64,000 nt of DNA from an uncultured Candidatus Rokubacteria bacterium (lineage in GTDB: Bacteria > Methylomirabilota > Methylomirabilia > Rokubacteriales > DASRDR01). The stretch covers positions 535,195 to 599,194 of the forward strand of contig CAWDVE010000016.1 of assembly GCA_963805625.1 (NCBI GenBank). Reading direction: 5' to 3'. Under the pieces are notes generated by a model that did not search any database, was not told where the DNA came from, and was given only the letters and a program-made list of their open reading frames with translations. Shown piece after piece: positions 50,861 to 61,369 of this stretch. The stretch's first letter is position 1; each line of letters opens with the position of its first letter. A program made the position numbers and the translations under genes.

Positions 50861-51255
50861 GGCCCCGTGGGATGCGGCACGCTCTGGTACAGGGTAATCA
50901 CGGGGCGTGTGATTAGATTGAGATCGTTGGTGAGACCCACCGGCAGGACGGGTTGAAAATAGAGGCTGTACACCTACTTCCCGCTCTCAGGGTTCGAATT
51001 CCCGGTCTCAAGTCTGTAATTGTTGATCTGGAACTGGAGCGACCAGAGCTCGGTGACCGGGTTCGTAATCCCCTTGGCCAATTCACTCGCCGACAGTTCA
51101 CTAGCCGAAATCGCAGCCGAACTCCCTTGCGCACAGGCTGACGTTGCACAGGCAATGACCGTCACGAGCGCCAAGGCCGTTGTGCATATTGCTTTGGCCA
51201 ACACATTCCCGATGCTCGCCGCCGGGAGAGCTCTGACGTGCTCATAGAGCCTCAT
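50861..51255 (-). pseudogene. Truncated paralog of the 49679-50569 outer-membrane protein
   Basis: ELAKGITNPVTELWSLQFQINN...GK*VYSLYFQPVLPVGLTNDLNLITRPV; internal stop at 50974-50976, cut off at the repeat boundary. Confidence 0.75.
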
Positions 51256-51620
51256 GGTTCTCCTCCATCTGGGAAACCGGTTCGCTTTCTTCCGCGCGGG
51301 CCTGCACTACCAAATTAGTGTCGCTACCTGGGTCGTGTCCTGCTTGATGTGGACAATGCGGGGGCGCACCTTCCGGTGCGCGCGTGATAAAGGGCGGCAT
51401 CGCTTGGATCCGGATCGCGCGACACGGGCACTTCTCGGGAATACCCCAGATAAGGGTCGGGCCGTCGCCCTCGATCCATGGCGCATTGCACCCGGTGGCC
51501 GCATGGCCTGGCGGCTCGCTTCGGGTTCGCCAACTCCCAACAGCCGGAGGAATGCGCCATTCCCTCTTTCCGCACCAATCGGGCCCCGACCGCTACCTCG
51601 CTCCCGGAATGGTTGTTGCT

Positions 51621-53207
51621 CTACTGCGCTAACGTTTTAACCGCGTTCCAGACGACGTGAAGGTCGTTACTCACTCGTGGGAACGGGTTTGGTTCCTTGG
51701 CGAGATTCAGCAGTTTGAAGACCGCCATTTGCGCGGAGCGCACCGAATATTCCATCGTGAACACACAATCGTCTGGCACTTCAACGAACTGACCGGTGAG
51801 GGCCACGTTGGTTGAGCCTTTCGGAACAACATCAGGTCGGTCAGTAACCTTTCTCTTCAAAAACTGGCTTGTGACGAACGGCATCCTGCAGGGGATGACA
51901 TTCGACGAATCGAGAATCCGCTTCAGGTCGGCGTCGAACTTCAAGTGATGCACCAACTCCTCTAGAATCTCTCTTCCGGTGCATTCACCCATTGGTTTGC
52001 GGACATAGTCGCCGATTTTGTCAGCGTAGAGACCCAAGCCGTAGAACACGTACACGCCTGCTGCCTGGTTCTGGTAATACGGCTGATGGTTGAGGATAAA
52101 CGTCAGCGACCAACTGGACTCTGGAAACGAGGTGATCCCGTTCTTACCAGCTTCTTGCCCGCTGAACTTCTCCATTAAGTCGAAGAACCGCCGGTCCTTT
52201 TGGGTCACCGTGAATGACGTGAATGACGACTCGTCGATGTGACCGGTGAAGACCGACGGATCACGAAAGATGTCCTTGCGCTTGCGAGCCAGAGTCTCCC
52301 ACAGTGCCCATTTCCCCTCATGCGTCGACGACGTGATCAGCTTCGGCGCGGAACTATTCGAGCCAAATGAGGCATTCGCGACCATCGAGCCCAGCGTCGC
52401 GATGACAATGGCCTCCGGCCTGACTTCAACCGTCCTTTGCTTTCCGTCCTGGACCATCGTGATCCCGTGGGCGGTGAGTTCGCCATCAGGGTCGTTCCCG
52501 AGGTCGATATCGGTCACTCGTGTGTCCCCCACGTACTGCACACCACGGTCGGTCAGCCACTTGAGGATCGGGCGCACCATCGAATCGTACTGGTTATACC
52601 TGGTGTGGTGGAGCAACGTTTGAGTTGCCATGTCTGGGAACAGATGCATGAATCTCAGCAGGTAGCGGCGCATTTCAATGGCGCTGTGCCATGGTTCAAA
52701 GGCAAAGAGTGTTTTCCACATGTGCCAGAAATTCGTTGTAAAGAAGTGCTCCGAGAAGACGTCGTTGATACGCTTATCGTTCGACGCTCTCTCCGGTTTG
52801 GAAGTCAACGCGAGGAGCTCTAGCTCGTCTTTCGCACTAAACCCGTAAGAGCGGAAGTTCATAATCTTACCGTTGTCGACCAGGCGAGCCTTGTTGTTCC
52901 ATCGGTAGGCCTTAGTGAACTCGAGGGTGTCCTGCTTGATCGTTTTCGTCGGGTCATCCACTGAGGGGATGAAAGACAGCAGATCGTACATGCAGACGTA
53001 ATTCTCCTCGAACATGCGCTCGCCGCGCATGAAGTAGCCCTGTTCGGGAGCGCCAGCTGAGTCAAGACATCCGCCCGGTAGATGTTCCTCTTCGTAAATG
53101 GCGATGTTCGCGCCCGAAAAGCCGCCGTCTTTGATCAGGTAGGCCGCGGCAGCCAGATTGGCGATGCCTGACCCGACCAGGTGTGCCTTGCGTCCTTCAT
53201 TGTTCAT
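51621..53207 (-). CDS. Oleate hydratase (MCRA family), short type
   Basis: AHLVGSGIANLAAAAYLIKDG, GGCLD, RGERM, TRYNQYDSMVRP and FTMEYSVRSA. Confidence 0.88.
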   Translation of the reverse strand: MNNEGRKAHLVGSGIANLAAAAYLIKDGGFSGANIAIYEEEHLPGGCLDSAGAPEQGYFMRGERMFEENYVCMYDLLSFIPSVDDPTKTIKQDTLEFTKAYRWNNKARLVDNGKIMNFRSYGFSAKDELELLALTSKPERASNDKRINDVFSEHFFTTNFWHMWKTLFAFEPWHSAIEMRRYLLRFMHLFPDMATQTLLHHTRYNQYDSMVRPILKWLTDRGVQYVGDTRVTDIDLGNDPDGELTAHGITMVQDGKQRTVEVRPEAIVIATLGSMVANASFGSNSSAPKLITSSTHEGKWALWETLARKRKDIFRDPSVFTGHIDESSFTSFTVTQKDRRFFDLMEKFSGQEAGKNGITSFPESSWSLTFILNHQPYYQNQAAGVYVFYGLGLYADKIGDYVRKPMGECTGREILEELVHHLKFDADLKRILDSSNVIPCRMPFVTSQFLKRKVTDRPDVVPKGSTNVALTGQFVEVPDDCVFTMEYSVRSAQMAVFKLLNLAKEPNPFPRVSNDLHVVWNAVKTLAQ

Positions 53208-53604
53208 TACAGTCGCCTTTCCGGTCTGAGCGGACATTGAATGTACCGTCGCGCTCTCCGTCCTCTCGTCGGCTATTGCCATGCCTCCTCAGGGCGTGCC
53301 ACGAACCCCGTCCCGTCTCATACCGAGCGCGGTATATGCCGTCGGCGATGAGCTTCTGATACAGCTCGACGCCGGTCGTCCCCGGCATTCGATGTCGGAC
53401 AGAACTTTGGCGTTGGGAGGCGACCAATTGGACTCAGGCTCTTTCCAAGGTGCGCCGTCCGCTGAAGGCAAAGGAGGACTGGAGCACGCGCGTAAAACGG
53501 CCCCCAGTCCTCCGCTAACAGCCGAACCAGCCCGATCTTGCAACTTGACAGTCCCGGCCCATTCACCGCGATCTGAATCGTCAGACTGCCGTCTCTCCGC
53601 TGGT

Positions 53605-55462
53605 CTAGAGGACCGTGCGAGTCACCCGCGGAGGGTTCTTGTGTATCGCGACCGTGAGCTCGTCGTCGCCGAGTTCGCCGATCCACCCGTAGTCCCGCAG
53701 CAGCTCGCCGATTTCGGTCTTCTCCAGATCTTGAACGCCGGTGAGATATCGAATCAACGCCTCGATCGGGGCGGGCAGCTTTCAGCTTCTCGCCATCCCG
53801 CAGCACGGGCGCCGAGTTGAGCATCGCACGAATGTCGTACTGCGAGCCCCACGGCTCCGGCACGCCCCGCTCGATGTCCAGCAGGGTGTAGACCGCTTCC
53901 ATCGCCGTCCGCGCGGAGTATTCGACGGTGAAGATGACGTCCCGCGGGTGGCTCTCGGCGAGCTGCCCCAGGAACCCGAAGTTGACCGCTCCCTCGGGCA
54001 CCACCTTGGGACGGTCGCCGTCACGCCGGGGCATGAAGAAGGCCGTGATGTAGGGCATCATGCACGGATGCACGATCACCGACTTGGCCGCCAGCTGGTT
54101 GATCTGATCGTCCGGCACCCCCAGGTGGTAGAGCCATTCCCGGGCGATCTCCTCGCCGGTGCAGTCCTTCAGCGCCTTCTTGACGTAGTTGCCGGGCCGG
54201 TCGAGGCTGTACGTGCCGTAGGCGTGGATCATCAGCTGGCCCTTCGGGTGGTTCCTGAAGTGCGGGTTGCGCTCGACGTTCCACGACAGCATCCAATTGG
54301 AATCGCGCACGGTCACCAAGCCGCCGGTGATGGGCTTCCCGTCGTGACTGGACGTTTCGCGCTGGCAGATCCGCTCGATGTAGGGCGGAATCTTGTCGTC
54401 GAGGGTGCGGATGCATGCCGACTCATAGCTGGTCTTGTCGGTGTGGGCACAGAACTTGTCGGGCCGACCGAAGGCGGGGTCCTGGGCGGCGATGTTGCGC
54501 CACATCGCCCAGATGCTGCCCTCCTGGATGTCCCTGTTCCACTTGGCCGGGGTGTGGTGGTCCCCCCACGCGGTGTTTTCGACCGCGGAGCCGTTGGTAA
54601 TGAGGACGAGGTCGTTCTCGGTGACGTCGCGTCCTCCGCGCTTTCCGCCCTGGATCCACTCGATCCGGCGAGCGACCTTGCGTTCCGGGGTGATGTCGAA
54701 CACGACGTTGGTGACCTTCGTGTCGTACACAATCGTGACGCCTTGCTGCTCGAGCCACTTGACTAGCGGGAGGATCAGAGAGTCGTACTGGTTGAGGCGA
54801 GTGAACTTGATGGTGCTGAGATCATGTAACCCACCGAAGTGCTGGACGAAGCGTTGCATGTAGAGCTTCATCTCCAGGGCGCCGTGCCAGGGCCCGATGG
54901 CGAACATCGACAGCCAATACACCCAGAAGTTGCTCTTGAAGAACTCCTCGCCCACGAATTCCTCGAACCGCTTGTCGTATAGCTCTCTTCGGTGGGTGAA
55001 GAAGAGCTTCATCAGCTCGCCCTGCGCCTTGGGGGTCAGGAGCATCTTGCCGTCGGTCGGGAAGGGCTGCCCGCGCTTGTGAGTGGTCCGGCACAGGGAG
55101 TAGTTGGGGTAGTCCTTGTTGATCTGGTAATAGTCTTCAAGGACCGAGGCGCCCTTGACATCGAGCGACGGGATCGAGCGCATCAGATCCCACAGGCACT
55201 CGTAGTGGTCCTCCATCTCGCGCTCGCCGCGGAAGAGGAAGCCCTCCTTTGGGTCCTCGATGCCGTCCAGGCAGCCGCCGCAGATATTGCTCGCCTCGTA
55301 GATGGTGATGCGTTTGCCGTCCATCTGCCCGTCGCGGATCAAGAAGCCCGCCGCCGCGAGCGAGGCGATGCCACCGCCGATGAGATAGGCAGACTTCTCG
55401 TCCACGCCCTGCGGCTTGCGGGGACGAATGAACGCTTCGTAGTTACCATTGCTGTAGAACAT
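53605..55462 (-). CDS. Oleate hydratase (MCRA family), long type; single-base frameshift near 53781
   Basis: MFYSNGNYEAF start with AAGGAG RBS, GGGIASLAAA, RGEREM and FTVEYSARTAMEAVY. Removing one A restores KLKLPAPIE...TEIGELLRDY to a stop at 53605. Confidence 0.85.
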
Positions 55463-55539
55463 GTGTCTCTCCTTTCTGGCGTTGTTGAAGAACGTAGGAG
55501 GTGCTAGCGACGTTTCTCGGTCCCGCTCCCCGTACACCC

Positions 55540-55882
55540 GTGCTCGCGCCTCGGCACCCAGGCCGCACTCGTCCCGCCGCCGCGCCGGCCCTTGCTGGCG
55601 TACCATGGCCTGCTCGCCCCCCGCGCCGAATGGCGATCGGCGATCATCCCGAAGCTGGCCCCTGACGGCGCGCGCGCGGACGCAGGCTCGCGATCACCGG
55701 GACGGTGGCCCTGGGCCCGGCTCCTCCGCCGGGTGTTCGCGATCCAGGTGCTCGTGTGCGAGCGCTGCGGGGGCGCGCGCCGGATCCTCGGCGCGGTGAC
55801 GGAGCCGCACGCGGTGCGGCGGGTGCTCTGGTGCCTTCGGTCCAGCGGCCGATTGTCGAAACCCAGCCTCGGGCCGAAATAA
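55540..55882 (+). mobile_element. IS91-family transposase C-terminal fragment
   Basis: YHGLLAPRAEWR...WARLLRRVFAIQVLVCERCGGARRILGAVTEP motif. Confidence 0.75.
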
Positions 55883-55928
55883 GGCGTCGCCGTATTCTGA
55901 ATTCCGATTGGCAGGAGCGGCGACATAC

Positions 55929-56822
55929 TCATGGTGAGATAGCTCTGGGTGGCCCAGGCGGATTCCCAAGTGGGATGGTGATGCGAACGTTTACGCTGAT
56001 CAGGGAGGCGCCGTAATTCTTCTCATACACGTCGGTTGTAACGTACCCTTGTAAAACTACTTGTTTGAAGTAATAGCCGACAAGCGGCCCCAACTGGAAT
56101 TGGCTTTGCTTTTTGTAGCCGGCAATCGGCGCGTTGAGATCGGTGGAATACCCACCTACCGCCCCCAACTCCCAGTTGCCGAACCTCTTGGTCGCCGTCA
56201 AGTCGACGTTGAGGAAGTCCGGGTTACAGCCATTGTGAGGGTGGGCGGCCGAAACCGGGCACGGCGATATTTGTGGCTTGCTTGTGACCTCGTCAAATTG
56301 GATACCCCAGATAATGTTCGCGGTCAGGTTCCATCCGTTGCCGACGTAGCTGAGCGCGAAGCGCTGATTGAGCGAGTCTGAGCTATACCCGACCGGGCTA
56401 CCAATGTCGATGTAGCCGCCGAGCAAATAGCTGACGCCGAAGTCATGGCCGAGATCCCAGGCCAGTTGAGCCCCAACATACGGATTGAACAGGCCGCTCT
56501 CGCTGACCGTGTCGTAAATTCGAACGTTCACCGGAACCACAGGCGCGGTGGACAGTACCAGTCGTCCGCCAACAATCGTCCAGGGGGTCGACCAAACCAA
56601 GACGGGGACATCGTCTAGGACAGCGGTGCCATGCGGGCTTGTGGCCCGGTAATCCTCGGTCAGTTGATTCTGGAAATAGACGCCTGGAGGAAGCGGCATT
56701 CCCACCGCAGCGCCAACTGTGTCACCCGGACGCGTGACGGAGCCACCAAGCGCCGGCGCAGCGGCGCCAATCGACAGCACAGCGGCTGCCGCCCCCGCGA
56801 TCAACTTCGCGCTCAATCTCAT
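55929..56822 (-). CDS. Phenol_MetA_deg-like outer-membrane transporter
   Basis: Signal peptide, GMPLPPGVYF, alternating beta-strand pattern and NVDLTATKRFGNWELGAVG. Confidence 0.65.
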   Translation of the reverse strand: MRLSAKLIAGAAAAVLSIGAAAPALGGSVTRPGDTVGAAVGMPLPPGVYFQNQLTEDYRATSPHGTAVLDDVPVLVWSTPWTIVGGRLVLSTAPVVPVNVRIYDTVSESGLFNPYVGAQLAWDLGHDFGVSYLLGGYIDIGSPVGYSSDSLNQRFALSYVGNGWNLTANIIWGIQFDEVTSKPQISPCPVSAAHPHNGCNPDFLNVDLTATKRFGNWELGAVGGYSTDLNAPIAGYKKQSQFQLGPLVGYYFKQVVLQGYVTTDVYEKNYGASLISVNVRITIPLGNPPGPPRAISP

Positions 56823-56888
56823 TCCGTCCTCTTCTCGCGGATCCATGCGTCGTCGTCCACGATCGCGATCACAGGCCGTTACGCCATA

Positions 56889-57172
56889 CCCCCTCGTCTC
56901 GATACGACGCTACGGCCCTCAAGCGTGCGACGCTAGGGGGAACTTGGTCGCGACAGCTGACCGCACCACGACATCGCGCGATACTTTCGTACTGGCGCGC
57001 GCGACGTTGGTCTTGAGGAGGGAGTGTTTCTACCTTGGTGGAGGCGCCTGTTTGGCCGCGGTGATGCCGAGCCGGTCGGCCATGCGAACGAGCTCCGCCA
57101 GCGTTTCCGCCTGCATCTTCCGCATGACCTGACCGCGCAGCGTCTTGACCCTGGCCTCACTGAGATTGAGAT
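56889..57172. repeat. 284-bp direct repeat, copy 2
   Basis: Matches 50577-50860. Confidence 0.9.
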
Positions 57173-57678
57173 CGCCGGCGACCTGCTTGTTCAGGCGCCC
57201 GCTCACCACGTGCCGCATGACGTCCTGTTCGCGTGGCGTGAGTGCGGCGAAGCGTCGGCGGAGCTCCACGAGCACGCGCGCATCGGCACGGCGGGCGCGG
57301 TCGCGCGCGATGGCCGCCTGGATGGCGTCGATCAGATCCTGATCACGGAACGGCTTGGTGAGGAACTCCACGGCACCGGACTTCATCGCTCGCACGGTCA
57401 TCGGGATGTCGCCATGGCCGGTGATGAAGACGATCGGAAGCTCCATGTCTGTGCCCACGAGAGCTTTCTGGAAGTCGAGACCGCTTTGCTCGGGAAGTCG
57501 GACGTCGAGGACGAGGCAGCCCGGCGCGTCGGGCCGTCGTGTCTTCAGAAATTCCCCCGGCGAGGCGAAGAGCCGGACGTCCAGGCCAACCGACTGCAAC
57601 AGATCCTCGATCGTCGTCGCGAACCAGGGCGTCGTCGTCGACGACGAAGACGATCGGCTGCTCGGACGGCGCAGGCAT
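57030..57678 (-). CDS. FixJ/NodW-type response regulator (REC + LuxR HTH); frameshift near 57614
   Basis: IVFVVDDD, LVLDVRLP, FITGHGDIPM, FLTKPF and LTPREQDV...LNKQVA. Confidence 0.85.
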
Positions 57679-57689
57679 GGGCAGCGTCG

Positions 57690-60538
57690 TTATGCGACGC
57701 CCGTGTCGTCGGACACGAGGGGCAGCCAGAACTGGAAGATCGCGCCGTGAGGGGAATTGGGTATCGCGCTGATCTTGCCGCCATGCGCTTCGACGATCGA
57801 CTTGCAGATCGAGAGCCCCATGCCGAGTCCACTCTGCTTCGTCGTGTAGAACGCCTCGAACACTCGGGCCCGCGAATCCGGAGCGAGCCCTACGCCCGAG
57901 TCGCGGACCTCCACGTGCACGTTCTTGCCAGCCTCGGAGCGTGACGCGACCCACACCTGGCGGGAACGGCCCTCGATCTCACGCGTCGCGTCGATCGCAT
58001 TGAGGATCAGGTTCAGAACCACCTGCTGCAGTTGAACGCGATCTCCGGGAACGGCGGGCAGCTCTTCCGCGAGGCGTGTCTTGAGCGACACCCCGGACCG
58101 CTGTAGCTCATGGCGAACCATCGCGATCACGTCACGGACGATCTCGTTGAGGTCGACGGGCTCGACGCGCAGCGGCTGGCGCTTGACCAGCGTGCGGACG
58201 CGGTCGATGACGGCGCTCGCACGGGTGCCCGCCTTCATGATCCGCTCGAGCGCCCGCTGCGCCCGTTGCAGGTTCGGCGGCTGGGCGGCGAGCCAGCGCG
58301 AGCAGGACGAGGCGCTGCTGACGATGCCGAGCAACGGCTGGTTGACCTCGTGCGCAATCGACGCGGTCACTTCTCCGAGCGTCGTCACGCGCGTCACATG
58401 AGCGAGCGCCGCTTGTGCCTCTCGCAGGGCGTGCTCCGCTTGCTTTCGTTCCGTCACGTCCCTCACGGTGCCGAGCACCTCGACGACGTCTCCAGCTCCG
58501 TTGAGCACAGGGTGGCAGGTCGCCTGCACGTGTCTCACAGTTCCGTCGGGCAGGAGAATCCGGTACTCGTGTTCGAGGTCGACCTTCTCGCGGACGGCCC
58601 TCGCACGGACGCTGTGCACGCCCTCGCGATCGTCGGGGTGAAGTCGCTCGTCGATGACGTCTCGGGGCGGTGGTTCGTGCTGGGGATCGAGATCGAACAA
58701 CCTGAACATCTCTGCGGACCAGGACATTGTCCCGGACGCGCGGTCCCAGACCCAGCTGCCCGTGTGGCTCAATCTCTGTGCTTCGGCCAGCGTGGCCTCA
58801 CTTCGCCGAAGCGCTTGCTCCGCCCTCTTGCGATCTTCGTCGGCAAGCTCGGCAAGGTGCGCCGCGAGGGCGTCCCGCTCGAGCGCTGCCGCCAGGAGGC
58901 TCCCCCACATGGCCATGTTGTTCGGACGCTGGGCGGTGTAGCCGCCGTGGGCTTCGATCGGGCCGCGGAGGGCGAGGACTCCCCAGTCGCGTGACGCGCT
59001 GGCGACCGGCACGAGCATCAGCACGTCGGTGCCGACGGCGGATCCCGGCACCTGGCACCACTCGGCCGGCGGGAACGCGCCGGCGATGAAGTGCGTGCCT
59101 CGATCCGGCAAGGGCGGCCCGGACAGGCGATACGTGCCAGCAACCGTCAGCGTGCTCGTTGAAGAGCGCGTCGCGTCGGCGTAAAGCGCGAGACATCCCC
59201 AACGCGCCGGGGTGAGCCTGAGCCAGTCGAGCTCCTGCGCCTGCTCGGTCTTCCCGGAGAGCAGCATCATCGCAAGCCTGGGCGAGTCCTGCGTCAGCTC
59301 CTCGAGATGCGTCATCTCCTCATGCCGATAAGCCACTCGAGCGCGCCAGAGCTTGAGCTCGGACCGCGCGAGGAACGCCGCGAGGCGGTGAGCGCGATCC
59401 GGGTCTGGTGGCATCGCGGCCAGGCGCTGCGCTCCGGCACGAGACAGGAGCGCGCTCATCGCCCGCAGCACATCCAGGTCGCGTGTCAGGCGCACCGCCT
59501 GCTGCCACGCCTGCCTCAATGCCGCCGGGGTCGGTTCAGGGTCTCCGGCGAGCGCGGCATCGATTCCGCCGATCAGCGTCTCGACGCCTGGCCAGATGTC
59601 GCCGGGAACCTGGGCCGGGTCGGAAGGCACGGGGAACAGCGCCATGCGCACGAGGTGAGCGGCGAGGGCGCTGTTCCCGCACGCGGCGAGCGACTTCCGC
59701 GCCTGGCGGCTGCGCAAGGTCGTCGGCCATATCGCACCCGCACGAGCGCCGACGAATCAGCGCGACCGGCACGCGATGCGCGGTGCGCGGGACCGCACTC
59801 CCGCTGATCTCATCGAGGAGGAGACTCGCGGCCCGCCGGCCGAGCTCGTCGAAGCGCGTGCGAAGCGTGGTCAGCGGAGGATCGGCGAGATCCGCGACCG
59901 TCCGATCGTCGAAGCCGACCACCGCGACGTCCTCCGGGACGCGGAGTCCGGCCGCCCGCAAGACCTCCATGACGCCGACGGCATTCCGGTCGGTCCCGGC
60001 CACCACCGCCGTGCACGGCCAGGCGGCGCGCTCAAGGAGCTGTCTGGCGCCCGCGCGGCCACTGGCTGTTTGCCTGTCATCGACGTCGATGACCAGTTCG
60101 GGCGAGCAAGGCAGTCCGCTCTCCGTCAGCGCGTCGCGATAACCCTCGTACCGTTCCGCGATCGCGGGATACTCGAGCCAGCCGATGAAGGCGATGCGAC
60201 GGTGGCCGTGAGCGACCAGGTGGCGCACAGCTTCGCGAAGCGCCCTGCCGGTTGTCGGCGACGACCGCAGGGCACCCGACCTCCGGATCGTGGTAGGCGA
60301 CGGTCACCAGCGGCAGCCCGAGGCGGGCGAGGGCGGCCAGCCCAACGGGCGAATGAACCGCGATCCACCCGCGGACCTCGCGAGCGAACGGTGCGACGGC
60401 AACGTCGCCCGGTGTCCCGCGGAACACCAGGAGTCGAGCGTGACGTTCGCGTGCCACGCGCCCGATACCCTCCAGAATGCCGCCGTAGTATTCGCCGCCC
60501 AGGACTTCCATCACCGCGCCGATCGTGAGATCGCTCAT
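57690..60538 (-). CDS. Sensor histidine kinase with N-terminal LacI-type ligand-binding domain and PAS; split by frameshifts near 60236 and 59700
   Basis: ADNRQGA...HLVAHGHRRIAFIG...RVPEDVAVVGFDD...PPLTT (LacI sensor), EAQRLSHTGSW (PAS), IAHEVNQPL (H box), LNLILNAID and GLGMGLSIC. Confidence 0.75.
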
Positions 60539-61036
60539 GGAACTCTCAGTGCGTCAGGGCGACGGCATCCGGCAACACCGGTCGATTCGCCCGCGATGGA
60601 TCGAGCCGCGCGACGAGCGCGACCAGGGTGCGGTGGCAGGTGGGCCTCGAGCCTAGCCCGGTGCTCGCGCCAGGCCTCCTCGCCCGGTTCGAGGTGCGGC
60701 ACCTCCCAGCGCGTCTTGACGATCTCCCAGTCCACGGCCGGCGCATCGGCGAGGTGCTCGAAACACTCCTGACGGGTTAAGCGATGCTGCGCGTTTCCCG
60801 ATAGACGTCGAAGGAGAATTGCACGAGCGTGCGGAAGGCGCAGCGCATAGACCGCGCAGACGCGTTCGCCTGGAGATCGCTTGCGATGGACTCGACCAGT
60901 GCATCGGGATTCGCGTCGCTGCGTACTTTCAGGACGTCGGTACGCCGGCTGGGGTACTTGGATTCGGGGTTGAGAGTCATGACAGATGTGGGATAACCAC
61001 ACTGCAGGACAGCATAGCCGTATCCAACTGTCGATT

Positions 61037-61057
61037 GGTAAGCAAACGGTAAGCAAA
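61037..61057. promoter_or_regulatory. 11-bp-period direct repeat (GGTAAGCAAA x2), candidate winged-helix regulator site
   Basis: GGTAAGCAAA-C-GGTAAGCAAA in the intergenic region upstream of the kinase. Confidence 0.5.
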
Positions 61058-61369
61058 AGGTCGATGTTCGGTCTGAATGCGGTGCGCGCACTGCCGGGCT
61101 CAAACGAGCGCCCTCACCGAGACCCGGGAAGGCGGGAAGTCGCGAGCCGGAAAATCGCTGGTCCGCACGTCGGCGAGCCAGTCGGTCAGTCGCGGTGCGG
61201 ACGTAGCTTCGCGGTCGGCAGGAGAGGCGACGCGGCAGAGTGACGGAGATCAACCGCTCGGCATCCTCCCTGCCGGGCGCGTGAAAGTCGCCCGGGGGCG
61301 GACGTCATTCCCGCTAACGGCCCCGGAGCAAAGAAATCACAACACTGATCCGTCCACCGCTAGGTGGAC

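Noticed and set aside
53318-55606. 762-aa extended oleate hydratase as given in the ORF track
   Set aside because: The N-terminal extension overlaps the IS91 fragment and the C-terminal extension follows a frameshift; the real gene is about 53605-55462.
60535-61369. ORFs in the kinase-regulator gap (60535-61056, 60777-61253)
   Set aside because: No recognisable domain or convincing start; treated as intergenic.
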